NCBI GenBank assembly: GCA_002726235.1
Contig: PBSN01000025.1
Span: forward strand, 1-64,000
Direction of reading: 5' to 3'
From: Nitrospiraceae bacterium
Lineage (GTDB): Bacteria > Nitrospirota > Nitrospiria > Nitrospirales > UBA2166
Length of the DNA stretch: 64,000 nucleotides
Shown here: one piece after another, positions 10,253 to 19,708 of the stretch
How positions within the stretch are numbered: position 1 is the first letter of the stretch
Layout: each line of letters begins with the position of its first letter
Made by a program: the position numbers and the translations under genes
The notes under the pieces: generated by a model
What the model saw: the letters and a program-made list of their open reading frames with translations, nothing else
Databases searched by the model: none
What the model was told of the DNA's origin: nothing

Positions 10253-10759
10253 ATGATGGACGCACGCTGGTACGCCGTTTACACCCATGTGCAGAAAGAA
10301 TGGGTTGCACGTGACCATCTCGAACGGCAAGGGTTCATGTCGTACCTCCCGGTGTATCACAAAATCATTCGCCACGCACGAAACGTACGAGAGGTCGAAC
10401 GGCCTCTCTTTCCACGCTACCTGTTCGTTCGTGTCGCGCTTGAAGGGCGTGCCCATAACCCAATCCGCTCAACCATCGGAGTAAGTGAGATTGTCTGTCA
10501 TGGAGATGTTCCCATCCCCATTCCAAAGGAAATCATCGATTCCCTGAAGAGCAAAGAGGATCCCAAAGGCGTCATTGTGCTGGGAAATGCAATGGTATTC
10601 AAGAAAGGCGATCGAGTGCGTATCACGTCCGGCCAATTCGAGGGAATTGAAGCCATGTTTACTGAAATGAAGGATTCTGATCGTGTGGTCTTGCTATTGA
10701 GTATGCTGCATTCCTCATGGCGCGTGGTGGTCAAGACTGCCGAGGTGGAACGGGCATGA
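10253..10759 (+). CDS. rfaH: NusG-paralogue transcription antiterminator (RfaH-like)
   Basis: WYAVYT...E..A..HL.RQGF..YLP and PLFPRYLFV (NGN domain); FKKGDRVRITSGQFEG (KOW). Confidence 0.85.
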   Translation: MMDARWYAVYTHVQKEWVARDHLERQGFMSYLPVYHKIIRHARNVREVERPLFPRYLFVRVALEGRAHNPIRSTIGVSEIVCHGDVPIPIPKEIIDSLKSKEDPKGVIVLGNAMVFKKGDRVRITSGQFEGIEAMFTEMKDSDRVVLLLSMLHSSWRVVVKTAEVERA

Positions 10760-11055
10760 GATGTCTTCATAAACTAAACACAGAGCGACGAACAACCCTG
10801 CTGGATACTCTGAAGACGAAGTTTGCTAGAAATACAATAGTACATTTGCTGGCCCCTAAGAATCGCTCATGGATGGAGTTGGATTTCACGATGTGGATCT
10901 TGAGGCGTATCGTGAACGATGCACCTATTCTCTTTCTACATCATGTCCTACAAGACATGTTGCTCTTCAGAAGAATGAGAATACGTGATGTTAATCCGTG
11001 ACTTCGCGCCTTTCTAAACCGTGGCTAGCAATCAACACTAATACTCTCGCCATCC

Positions 11056-11084
11056 TTGTCCCTTGTTTTATTAACGGTTACAAT
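11056..11084 (+). promoter_or_regulatory. Putative sigma70 promoter for hspQ
   Basis: TTGTCC-N17-TACAAT. Confidence 0.45.
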
Positions 11085-11140
11085 TTTACTCGTGCCAGAT
11101 TTCGATCCGCTATTCGCTCACTGAGGAAGATCCGTCCTGT

Positions 11141-11479
11141 ATGAAAAATGGAAATCATCACGTGTTCGATTCAAAAGCTCAGTTTTCCATCGGCCAGGTG
11201 ATCCACCACCGGCGTTCTCAGTATCGCGGTGTGATCGTCGACGTTGATCCAAACTTTCAACTCACGGATGAATGGTACGATGATGTCGCGTTGAGTCGAC
11301 CGCCCAAAGACAAGCCGTGGTACCACGTCTTGGTCCACAATAGTGACCAGCTGACATATGTTGCTGAACGCCATCTCGAACCTGATCACAGTGGAGAACC
11401 GGTCAATCACCCTTTTCTTCACCACTGCTTTGATATATTTGATAATGGCAGATATGACCGAAGTGGAGGTGTCAACTAA
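11141..11479 (+). CDS. hspQ: Heat shock protein HspQ (YccV-like)
   Basis: FSIGQVIHH...YRGVIVDVDP.F, P.KDKPWYHVLV, YVAE.HL. Confidence 0.9.
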   Translation: MKNGNHHVFDSKAQFSIGQVIHHRRSQYRGVIVDVDPNFQLTDEWYDDVALSRPPKDKPWYHVLVHNSDQLTYVAERHLEPDHSGEPVNHPFLHHCFDIFDNGRYDRSGGVN

Positions 11480-11557
11480 CCTTCTTCAGCTCTCGCACAC
11501 ACCTCGGTGAAAAATAACCTAATTCCCATTCCGTGTTTTGGCATTGAAAGGACCGGC

Positions 11558-11890
11558 ATGAACTCGACAAAAAAGCAACGTGCGGCCTCCTCGATCATGC
11601 TCCTGCTTGCAGCTAGTGTCCTACTCAGCGCGTGCCTCGCTGTGGGAAAATCATTTCCGGACTATGCAGTGCCGGATATCAAGATTGGCAAAACAACCGA
11701 AAGTGAGATTCGGAAATTGTTCGGGCCACCATGGCGAACGGGAATGGATGATGGGGACCGAACCTGGACATACGGTCACTACCAATACTCGCTGTTTCAG
11801 GCGGCAAAAACGGAGGATCTCGTCATTCGATTTGACAAGAACAAGGTGGTCAGCTCATACACATTTAACACGACAAATCCTACACCTTGA
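11558..11890 (+). CDS. Lipoprotein, SmpA/OmlA (BamE-like) domain
   Basis: Lipobox LLSAC; IKIGKTT.SEI.KLFG.P, WTY, L.IRFD.N.VV. Confidence 0.7.
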   Translation: MNSTKKQRAASSIMLLLAASVLLSACLAVGKSFPDYAVPDIKIGKTTESEIRKLFGPPWRTGMDDGDRTWTYGHYQYSLFQAAKTEDLVIRFDKNKVVSSYTFNTTNPTP

Positions 11891-11903
11891 TATCTGAGCT
11901 CAT

Positions 11904-12200
11904 ATGACGTTGGACTTATTCAAAACCACGCTTGTCGATGATGCCCCTCCGCCCGAGATTGACCAAGCCCTTCTGGCACTCTGGCTAGAGGCTCGGGGGA
12001 ATTGGGATGAGGCCCATAAGATCATTCAAAATATGAATGGCCGGTCTGTGGCGTGGGCTCATGCCTATCTCCATCGGAAAGAGGGCGACCTCACCAATGC
12101 TGCCTATTGGTACTCCCATGCCAGTCGCAACATCTCTGAGTTGTCCCTGGCCTGTGAATGGGAAGAGATTGCAAAAGCGTTCCTGCCTCGTACGAAGTAA
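11904..12200 (+). CDS. Conserved hypothetical protein
   Basis: 98 aa with LW...G.WD.AH...Q...[18 protein letters not shown], a motif I recognise from a family of unknown function. Confidence 0.7.
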   Translation: MTLDLFKTTLVDDAPPPEIDQALLALWLEARGNWDEAHKIIQNMNGRSVAWAHAYLHRKEGDLTNAAYWYSHASRNISELSLACEWEEIAKAFLPRTK

Positions 12201-12211
12201 TACACCCACCA

Positions 12212-13927
12212 ATGACCTACCCCGATTCATCCCAACCGTCTGACTTCATTCGCGCCATCATTTCCGAAGACCTTAGAACCAACAAAAATGATGGAAGATT
12301 GGTGACCCGCTTTCCTCCAGAGCCCAATGGGTATCTGCATATCGGACACGCAAAATCGATTTTTCTAAATTTCGGCGTGGCGTCAGAATACAAAGGAGGC
12401 ATCTGCAATCTTCGATTTGATGACACCAATCCGTCCAAGGAAGATGTGAAATACGTTGAATCCATTAAGGAGGATGTGAGATGGCTGGGCTTTGATTGGA
12501 ATGATCGCCTGTTCTATGCTTCAGACTATTTCGACACCCTCTACGACTACGCGGTTGAACTGATCAAGAAGGGCAAAGCATATGTCGATAGTTTGAACGC
12601 TGAAGAAATTAGAGCATACCGTGGCACACTGACTGAACCAGGGAAAAATAGTCCGTGGAGAGATCGTTCTGTCGAAGAAAACTTAAAACTGTTTGAACGA
12701 ATGCGTGCTGGCGAGTTTGATGAAGGAGCGCATGTCCTCCGAACCAAGATCGATATGGCTGCGCCGAATATAAACATGCGCGACCCTGCCCTCTATCGAA
12801 TACTCAAGGTTCCACATCACCGGACTGGTGACAAGTGGCATATCTACCCCATGTACGACTTTACACACTGCCTTTCGGATTCTATTGAAGGAGTGACACA
12901 TTCCCTCTGTACGTTAGAATTCCAGGATCATCGTCCATTGTATGACTGGGTGCTCGACGAGTTGGGCATTCAAAACCATCCGCAACAAATCGAATTTGCT
13001 CGCCTCAACATCAGTTATACTGTCATGAGCAAGCGCATGCTCCATAAACTTGTAGATCGAGGCGATGTCTCGGGGTGGAATGACCCTCGGATGCCAACAC
13101 TTCAGGGGTTACGGCGACGAGGCTATACCGCCAAGTCCATTCGGAACTTTTGCAATCGTATTGGAGTAGCCAAGCGAGATGCCGTAGTTGATATGGCACT
13201 ACTAGAGCATTCCGTCCGCGAAGACCTTAATCAACATGCTCCGCGTGTGATGGCGGTATTGCACCCGCTCCGTCTGATCATCGAAAACTATCCGGAAAAC
13301 CAAGTTGAAGAACTAGATGCGGCCAACCATCCAAATGATGAGACTATGGGCACACGAAAAATACTCTTCTCACGAGTGTTGTATGTTGACCAAGATGATT
13401 TTCGTGAAACTCCACCGAAAAAATTTTACCGTTTAACTCCTGGCCACGAAGTTCGCCTTCGCTATGCCTACTTGATCACCTGTGTTGGGGTGGTGAAAGA
13501 TGAACAGACAGGTCAAATCATTGAACTTCGCTGCACCTATGACCCCGCAACCCGTGGAGGATCATCGCCAGACGGACGAAAGGTGAAAGCCACCATTCAT
13601 TGGGTATCTGCGACCCATTCACTCCCTGCCGAAGTGCGCTTGTACGACCATCTCTTCGCAACATCCAATCCAAATGCTGTCGAGAGTGGTAAGGATTTCA
13701 TCTCGAACTTGAATCCTGCCTCCCTGAAAACGTTGCGAGATGCTCGAGTGGAACTAAGTCTGAAAGATGCAGTGCCAGGTACTCGCTACCAGTTCGAGCG
13801 ACATGCCTATTTCTGTGTCGACCAGGTGGACTCATCCGACGACGCCCTCGTCTTTAACCGAACGGTAGCCCTCAGGGATACATGGGCAAAGGTCCAGCAG
13901 ATACAAACGAAGAGCGAAGACAAATAG
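12212..13927 (+). CDS. glnS: Glutamine--tRNA ligase
   Basis: [51 protein letters not shown]; likely start ATG 12212. Confidence 0.97.
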   Translation: MTYPDSSQPSDFIRAIISEDLRTNKNDGRLVTRFPPEPNGYLHIGHAKSIFLNFGVASEYKGGICNLRFDDTNPSKEDVKYVESIKEDVRWLGFDWNDRLFYASDYFDTLYDYAVELIKKGKAYVDSLNAEEIRAYRGTLTEPGKNSPWRDRSVEENLKLFERMRAGEFDEGAHVLRTKIDMAAPNINMRDPALYRILKVPHHRTGDKWHIYPMYDFTHCLSDSIEGVTHSLCTLEFQDHRPLYDWVLDELGIQNHPQQIEFARLNISYTVMSKRMLHKLVDRGDVSGWNDPRMPTLQGLRRRGYTAKSIRNFCNRIGVAKRDAVVDMALLEHSVREDLNQHAPRVMAVLHPLRLIIENYPENQVEELDAANHPNDETMGTRKILFSRVLYVDQDDFRETPPKKFYRLTPGHEVRLRYAYLITCVGVVKDEQTGQIIELRCTYDPATRGGSSPDGRKVKATIHWVSATHSLPAEVRLYDHLFATSNPNAVESGKDFISNLNPASLKTLRDARVELSLKDAVPGTRYQFERHAYFCVDQVDSSDDALVFNRTVALRDTWAKVQQIQTKSEDK

Positions 13928-14315
13928 CAACACTTTTACGGTTCCTTCCTAAACAAGTTTTTGATGATCTGGCACGCAACCTTCATCAACAATCCATATA
14001 GATTGTGAACACTGTTGAAACAGATACATGCGGAGAATACGTCATCCCTAGTCTGCTCAAGTCTAGCCGGGCAACAACCTTCATTTGCTCGCCGAAGAAA
14101 AACCAGAGGTTCGAAGGTCCACGAAAGATTAATGCACCTATTTTGCACGAATTTCAGGCCACGAAAAATTCTCCTCAGAAAGCCGGAGCCTCACGCATTT
14201 TTTTGGCAATGCCCATGACTTCCCAGTCAAACTCAGTTTCAATAGCACCGATCAGCGTCTCAGAACCCCGGCAACTTCCATGCCTTCCTCAAACTTGTTT
14301 CTGAACTGGTGCAAC

Positions 14316-14648
14316 CTAGGAGCGTGAGGGAGGCTGGAGTCCAAGTCGAAAGATAATGTCTTTTATAATGTTTTCATTCATGTTGTTCTCGATCTTCCGT
14401 ATGAGCTCTGGCTTGAGAAAGGTAAGTTGCTGAAGCCACGCTGAACTATCCACCAACACGTAAAGTGTTCCGAACCGAATCGTATCCGGCCTAGCATGGC
14501 TTGATATCGGTTCACCCACGATTTCGTCCCAACGGTCCTTGAGCGTGTATTCTCGCAATTTTCCCTCGAGGCCGCAATTCCGGATGAAGTGATTGACGGC
14601 AACCGAAAGCGGCGTGAAGGGAAACAGCATTTTTTTCGATTGCGTCAT
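14316..14648 (-). CDS. DUF721 / DciA family replicative helicase loader-like protein
   Basis: W.EIVG..I..HARP.....L.V.VDSSAW.QQL.F.K..LI.KI...IKDI.F pattern. Confidence 0.75.
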   Translation of the reverse strand: MTQSKKMLFPFTPLSVAVNHFIRNCGLEGKLREYTLKDRWDEIVGEPISSHARPDTIRFGTLYVLVDSSAWLQQLTFLKPELIRKIENNMNENIIKDIIFRLGLQPPSRS

Positions 14649-15004
14649 CTATCCACTCGAATTAAACACATCCGCTTGGCACGATTGCTCCGGTGGCATC
14701 CAGATTATTCAGCCTTGAGGTTAGCTCACAAAATCTATTAGCTAGGATATTGAGAAGAAAGACAAGCGCACAGAGGAACGTGGCCACGGCCTCAACCGTA
14801 TTTTCCATAAACAACCCTGCATGGGATGCGCCTCCTATTTTATTTAGATAATATCGCATAAAATGGTGAACATAATACGGCCAATCCTGCTTGATCGTTT
14901 GTCATGGGATTCATCTCTACTCCCGCAAAAAGTGTGCTAGGAAAATTGACCGCAGAAAACACGAGATAGCCGTTACTCACATAACGCTCGCAATATATCC
15001 TGCG

Positions 15005-16375
15005 TTACAAGAAGAGAGCATCCTGGGCTTCTCCAACGTGTTTGACGCCTACCAATGCTATGTGCTGTTGATTCTCCAATAAACTAAGGTTCCCTTCAGG
15101 GAGCGCGCATCGTTTAAAGCCAAGTTTTGCCGCTTCCCTTATTCGAATATCGGCGGCGCTAACGGTTCTGATTTCCCCACCTAAGCCGACTTCTCCACAC
15201 ACCAAGGTCTTAGTATCAATCGGGAGCTCGCGGATGCTCGATATCACAGCCGCCACAATCCCTAAATCACTCGCCGTTTCGTCTATTCGCATTCCTCCAA
15301 CCACGTTGATGTACACATCCTGCCCAGAAAGGCGTAGTCCAAGATGTTTCTCGAGTACTGCCAGCAAGATTGAAACTCGATTACTTTCCACGCCTGTAGC
15401 GACACGCTTAGGATTGGCGAAGTGCGTCGGTGCAACGAGGGCCTGAACCTCAACCAAGATAGGCCGGGTCCCCTCCATCATCGCAACCACCACTGATCCA
15501 GCGCTCTCACGCGACCGGTCTTCAAGAAATAGTGCCGATGGATTCCCAACCTCTTGGAGACCAGATTCGGTCATCTCAAATACACCAATCTCGTTGGTGG
15601 CTCCAAAACGATTTTTCACAGCCCGAAGGATACGATGCGAATGACCACGAGCGCCTTCGAAGTACAAAACAGTATCAACAATGTGTTCCAGGAGCCGTGG
15701 TCCGGCAATCGCACCTTCTTTCGTCACATGTCCGATGATAAACACCGGAATATCTCGTTGTTTTGCAAAGGCCATTAGTTGTGCCGCAACCTCTTGAACT
15801 TGAGTGATGCTCCCCGGCGTGGAGGTCAGTTGCGTAGAAAAAGTAGTCTGAATAGAATCAACGACGATCGCGGCAGGATTAAGTTCTTGCGCCGATTGCA
15901 AAATGGATTCAAGCTCCGTTTCAGAAAGCAGATAGAGAAACGCATTATCGATACCTAACCGATGCCCTCGCATCTTGACTTGAGTCGTCGACTCCTCGCC
16001 GGAAACATAGAGAACTGCTGAACCTTCCTGAGAGAGCTGAGGAAGTGTTTGAAGGAGCAAGGTCGTTTTCCCGATACCTGGATCTCCCCCGACGAGCGTA
16101 ACCGAACCATACACCACTCCCCCGCCAAGCACTCGGTCAAACTCACTGATGCCGGTGAGGATTCTAGGCTCGACATTAAATTGCAAATCCCTAATGGGTA
16201 CGGGTTTTGTCTCCAGATTACTTCTTCCTGATCCACGCCGGTGTGTCGTGGATATTGGCACCTCCTCTTTAAAGCTATTCCAGCTGGCACATTCCGGACA
16301 CCGGCCATGCCAACGCGGCGATTCATGGCCACATTGTTGACACCGAAATACCGCCTTCATCTTCGCCCTTGACAT
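15005..16375 (-). CDS. radA: DNA repair protein RadA/Sms
   Basis: CQQCG...GRCPEC Zn finger, GGDPGIGKTT Walker A, KNRFG, Lon-like C-terminus; likely start ATG 16375. Confidence 0.97.
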   Translation of the reverse strand: MSRAKMKAVFRCQQCGHESPRWHGRCPECASWNSFKEEVPISTTHRRGSGRSNLETKPVPIRDLQFNVEPRILTGISEFDRVLGGGVVYGSVTLVGGDPGIGKTTLLLQTLPQLSQEGSAVLYVSGEESTTQVKMRGHRLGIDNAFLYLLSETELESILQSAQELNPAAIVVDSIQTTFSTQLTSTPGSITQVQEVAAQLMAFAKQRDIPVFIIGHVTKEGAIAGPRLLEHIVDTVLYFEGARGHSHRILRAVKNRFGATNEIGVFEMTESGLQEVGNPSALFLEDRSRESAGSVVVAMMEGTRPILVEVQALVAPTHFANPKRVATGVESNRVSILLAVLEKHLGLRLSGQDVYINVVGGMRIDETASDLGIVAAVISSIRELPIDTKTLVCGEVGLGGEIRTVSAADIRIREAAKLGFKRCALPEGNLSLLENQQHIALVGVKHVGEAQDALFL

Positions 16376-16765
16376 GCTTTCAGAGTATGAGATGGATACC
16401 AGAAAATCAAACACATCGGCGTTCTTCCATGCTGCACACACGCCATGAAACTGGACATAGCCCGTGAGTGTTCGATACAATCGCGTGGTTTATACTCTAT
16501 ATTTTTCAAATATGTGATGGTGCTATTTGCATTGCATATTTCCATCCCTAGCGGCCAGATATGAGAAATCCCATTCGTAATAAAGGCCGCTATCCGATAC
16601 ATAAGAATGCGAATCGGCAACAAGCAGTGGTTTCTACCATAACCCGTTGCGGCTTGTTGGATACGAACTTTACTTTGTGGATGTCATGTTTGATCATTAT
16701 GTTGACTCAACCGGCATACTTCGTTGCATCGCTCGCCACACCTGCCCTCAAATGTACCGTTGAAG

Positions 16766-17944
16766 ATGCGATCCTTGGAGATTCCTAGCCTCACCACGCA
16801 TCCCTATGGTTTCCCTTCGTTTCTGCCTTGGATTCTTTTTACCGCCATAGCTTTCCTCGCTGCATGTGGAGGGACTGCTCCGTTTCAGAACCTGCCGGAG
16901 AAAGTCGTCAAGCAACCACAGTCTGAGGTTCTTGACCCTATAAAATTTGTCAATGGATCTCTGTGCGATAATGGGGATCAAGTTCTCAAGTCACTCGACA
17001 GCAATACCCTGACAAGCACTTCATGGGGGGTAGGCCGTGAGGTTGTAGTATCGCTTCCGGTAGGATCCAAACAAAGCGAATTTCACCTCTTTCTTGATAA
17101 CCGTGACAAGCTCGTTGGAATCATCTCTATTACTCGTGACGGATTAGAACTTGGACCGTACCCGGAAATCCGTCGGTGGCTCACACAAACTAAGAAAACT
17201 GGCTTTATTGTCGAATCGAATGTTGATACATCCGCCGAAGGGATACAACATGCCTCGTATCATCTGGAGCGAGGGGAAAAATACCTTCATAGCGTCGTAG
17301 CTTTATCCCGGACTGCTACACCCATCTTGTACATTGACTCAAGAGTGCTTCCGGGATTCGCAGGCATTCTAGCCGCCAACTCAAAGAGGTTTCTTCAACG
17401 CATTGAGGGCGTCGGCGCATCCACACTCGTAGAGGAACAGGAAGATTTTCTCGCGCTCCAGCAATTTGCTGGCGCGGAAATCGATCGGGTTGGGTTGTGT
17501 GATGATCCGAGTCCAGACCGTGCTGTGGAAGGATACCGAAACGCGCTCAAGATTGGATTTCAGAACACGCTTTATGAGGCCGAATCATATCACCGCACTG
17601 GGCTCGCCTATCGAGACCAAGAAAAATTTTCCCAAGCGATCGCGGCAATGCAAAAGTCGTTAAAAGTTCGTCCAGCCATCGCAGAGGTCCACCATCACAT
17701 GGGAACCGTTTACGAGCGCATGAGTGACGCCAAGCGAGCCATTGAGTCCTATTTAACCGCTGTCAGGCTTCGGCCAAACTATCTAGTCGCACGATTTCAC
17801 TTGGCAACTGCGTATGTCGAGGTCGATCCAAAGAGGTCGATTCGAGAATTCGAAACATATCTCGCGCTGGCTGAAAACAGGAAACGTGAGCAAAATCGTC
17901 TCCAAAAAGCCAAAGAACACTTGATACGGTTAAAACAGAATTAG
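16766..17944 (+). CDS. Tetratricopeptide-repeat lipoprotein
   Basis: Hydrophobic N-terminus with lipobox FLAAC; C-terminal TPR-like repeats (AESYHRTGLAY, AEVHHHMGTVY, ARFHLATAY). Confidence 0.7.
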   Translation: MRSLEIPSLTTHPYGFPSFLPWILFTAIAFLAACGGTAPFQNLPEKVVKQPQSEVLDPIKFVNGSLCDNGDQVLKSLDSNTLTSTSWGVGREVVVSLPVGSKQSEFHLFLDNRDKLVGIISITRDGLELGPYPEIRRWLTQTKKTGFIVESNVDTSAEGIQHASYHLERGEKYLHSVVALSRTATPILYIDSRVLPGFAGILAANSKRFLQRIEGVGASTLVEEQEDFLALQQFAGAEIDRVGLCDDPSPDRAVEGYRNALKIGFQNTLYEAESYHRTGLAYRDQEKFSQAIAAMQKSLKVRPAIAEVHHHMGTVYERMSDAKRAIESYLTAVRLRPNYLVARFHLATAYVEVDPKRSIREFETYLALAENRKREQNRLQKAKEHLIRLKQN

Positions 17945-18030
17945 GAATCGCCACGAAACAACGAACCCAGTGACCTAAAACAATTGTGGAGTGAAACGTG
18001 GTTTTACTGAGGGTAGCGTAGAACGTACTC

Positions 18031-18588
18031 TTATCCCAGCCGGATGTTTTCCTTTTCCTCCTCAATCGTTTTACATTCGATACATAGCGTGGTAACGGGT
18101 CTGGCTTTCAATCTCGGGTAAGGAATGGGGTTCTCGCAACTCTGGCAAATGCCATATGTTCCTTGGTTGATTCGCTCAATCGTCTCAACAATTTTGGTGA
18201 CAAGCCTCTGTTCCCGCTCTTTGAGTTTCAGCACAAACGCTTGATCGCTTTCCGCAGAAGCCTGGTCTGTGAGGTCTGGGCAACTCCCCACGCGAACGAT
18301 AGTATTATTGGTCACCATCCCAGCCTTGGACAGGAGGGCTTCACGCTGTAGGATGAGCTCTCTCTTGATGTCCTCGAAATGAGAGACATTTTTGGTTTGT
18401 TGCTTCGATTTTCCCAAAATTTTCGGTTTGGGATTGACAGGGAGCTTGCCCATTGATTTTCCCACCGCCTTGGGCAGTTTCGCTTTGGATTTCACCACCG
18501 CCTTGGGCAGTTTCGCTTTGGATTTCACCACCGCCTTGGGCAGTTTCGCTTTGGATTTCACCACCGCCTTGGGCGCTTTTCTGGCCAT
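18031..18588 (-). CDS. dksA: RNA polymerase-binding protein DksA with Lys/Ala-rich repeat N-terminus
   Basis: DLTDQA (DxxDxA coiled-coil tip), YGICQSC...RL.ARP..TLCIECK Zn finger. Confidence 0.88.
   Translation of the reverse strand: MARKAPKAVVKSKAKLPKAVVKSKAKLPKAVVKSKAKLPKAVGKSMGKLPVNPKPKILGKSKQQTKNVSHFEDIKRELILQREALLSKAGMVTNNTIVRVGSCPDLTDQASAESDQAFVLKLKEREQRLVTKIVETIERINQGTYGICQSCENPIPYPRLKARPVTTLCIECKTIEEEKENIRLG
18462..18574. repeat. Perfect 33-nt tandem repeat x3.4 inside dksA (KAVVKSKAKLP)
   Basis: Unit ccaccgccttgggcagtttcgctttggatttca at 18462, 18495 and 18528, partial copy at 18561. Confidence 0.95.
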
Positions 18589-18750
18589 AAACGGTCCTCG
18601 CTACACAGAAATAATGAGATGGTCTATACCGAAGAATCGAGGACGATATCAAGTTTTTTGCAAGTAAGTCAATAAGGTGACGATTTTCCGTGCGAGTATG
18701 TGGCGAAGACGGGAACGATTGAACACTGACACTCAAAATAATCTCATTTA

Positions 18751-19572
18751 CTATTGTTGTGCATTTTGACCAGCGAGAAGTGCATCAAATAGTTGGGAAA
18801 AACGTGCAAACGGCTGTGCGCCGCTGATGAGTGTGCCTTGAATCGCGGCTCCCTTTCTTGTCAACCCCAGGAAAAATCCTGGAGTGCCGGTCACTCCGGC
18901 GAGTGTTCCATCCTGATAGTCTTTCTCAACTTCTTTCCCGTATTTCCCTGAGTGAACACATCTGTCCAAACGAGCAACATCCAAGCCGAGGTTATGTCCA
19001 AGCCTTTTGAGATCTGGGAATTCGCTGTCTTTCGATTCAAAAATCAAATCATGCATTTCCCAGAATTTCCCTTGTTCCTGAGCGCAATGCGCCGCTTCAG
19101 CTGCCTTACGAGCATTCGGATGAATGGCATCAAGCGGATAATCACGGAATACATAGCGTACTTTCCCAGTATCGATATAGGTGGACTTGATTTTTGGAAA
19201 CGTCTGCATGAAAAATCGACGGCAGAACGGACAATGGTAATCGGAAAACTCAATGAGAGTGAGCGGAGCGTTTCGGTTTCCCAGCATGGGATCATCATCA
19301 ATACTGACTGTCGCCTTCACCGACCCTCCTGCAGATCGCTTTCGCGCCCGCTCAAGAATTTTCCGGATTTCCTGTACATCCTGTTTAATGCTATCTAAGT
19401 CATGTTTCATCGTATCCAATTGGCGACGAAGATCATCACTGTCATCAGCCCAAACAGGTGCTACAACACAGAGAATTAAAACGGCAATACTCACCACCAT
19501 GGCACACACACACACCAACCGCCATTGCAGAGATACGCTTCGCACTTGCTTCATAATAAGTATATCCTTCAT
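18751..19572 (-). CDS. DsbA-family thiol:disulfide oxidoreductase (Thioredoxin_4)
   Basis: Signal/TM segment plus coiled coil; EFSDYHCPFC, VFRDYPL..IH..A..AA, GVTGTP cis-Pro. Start uncertain. Confidence 0.88.
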   Translation of the reverse strand: MKDILIMKQVRSVSLQWRLVCVCAMVVSIAVLILCVVAPVWADDSDDLRRQLDTMKHDLDSIKQDVQEIRKILERARKRSAGGSVKATVSIDDDPMLGNRNAPLTLIEFSDYHCPFCRRFFMQTFPKIKSTYIDTGKVRYVFRDYPLDAIHPNARKAAEAAHCAQEQGKFWEMHDLIFESKDSEFPDLKRLGHNLGLDVARLDRCVHSGKYGKEVEKDYQDGTLAGVTGTPGFFLGLTRKGAAIQGTLISGAQPFARFSQLFDALLAGQNAQQ

Positions 19573-19708
19573 CAGCCGGCCACGGTAGCACGCTTCCGCA
19601 AACGTGGTCAATTTGAAAGACTGGTTCTTCAATCAACCTTGACGATACGAGAATGCCCAGGCTGCGATATACTAGTGCACTGTTAAGGCAAGGCACAAAA
19701 GATAACTA

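Noticed and set aside
10717..11001. 94-aa ORF after rfaH, small ORFs at 13936-14304 and 14662-15082, and many antisense ORFs in the track
   Set aside because: No motifs, poor starts, or they shadow well-supported genes.
14119..14168. Three CACGAA direct repeats in the glnS-DUF721 gap (two more near 1659-1674)
   Set aside because: Short and irregularly spaced with no complementary arm; cannot be told apart from chance or a decayed repeat.
18462..18574. 33-nt repeats as a possible CRISPR array
   Set aside because: No spacers, in-frame within dksA, and no cas genes.
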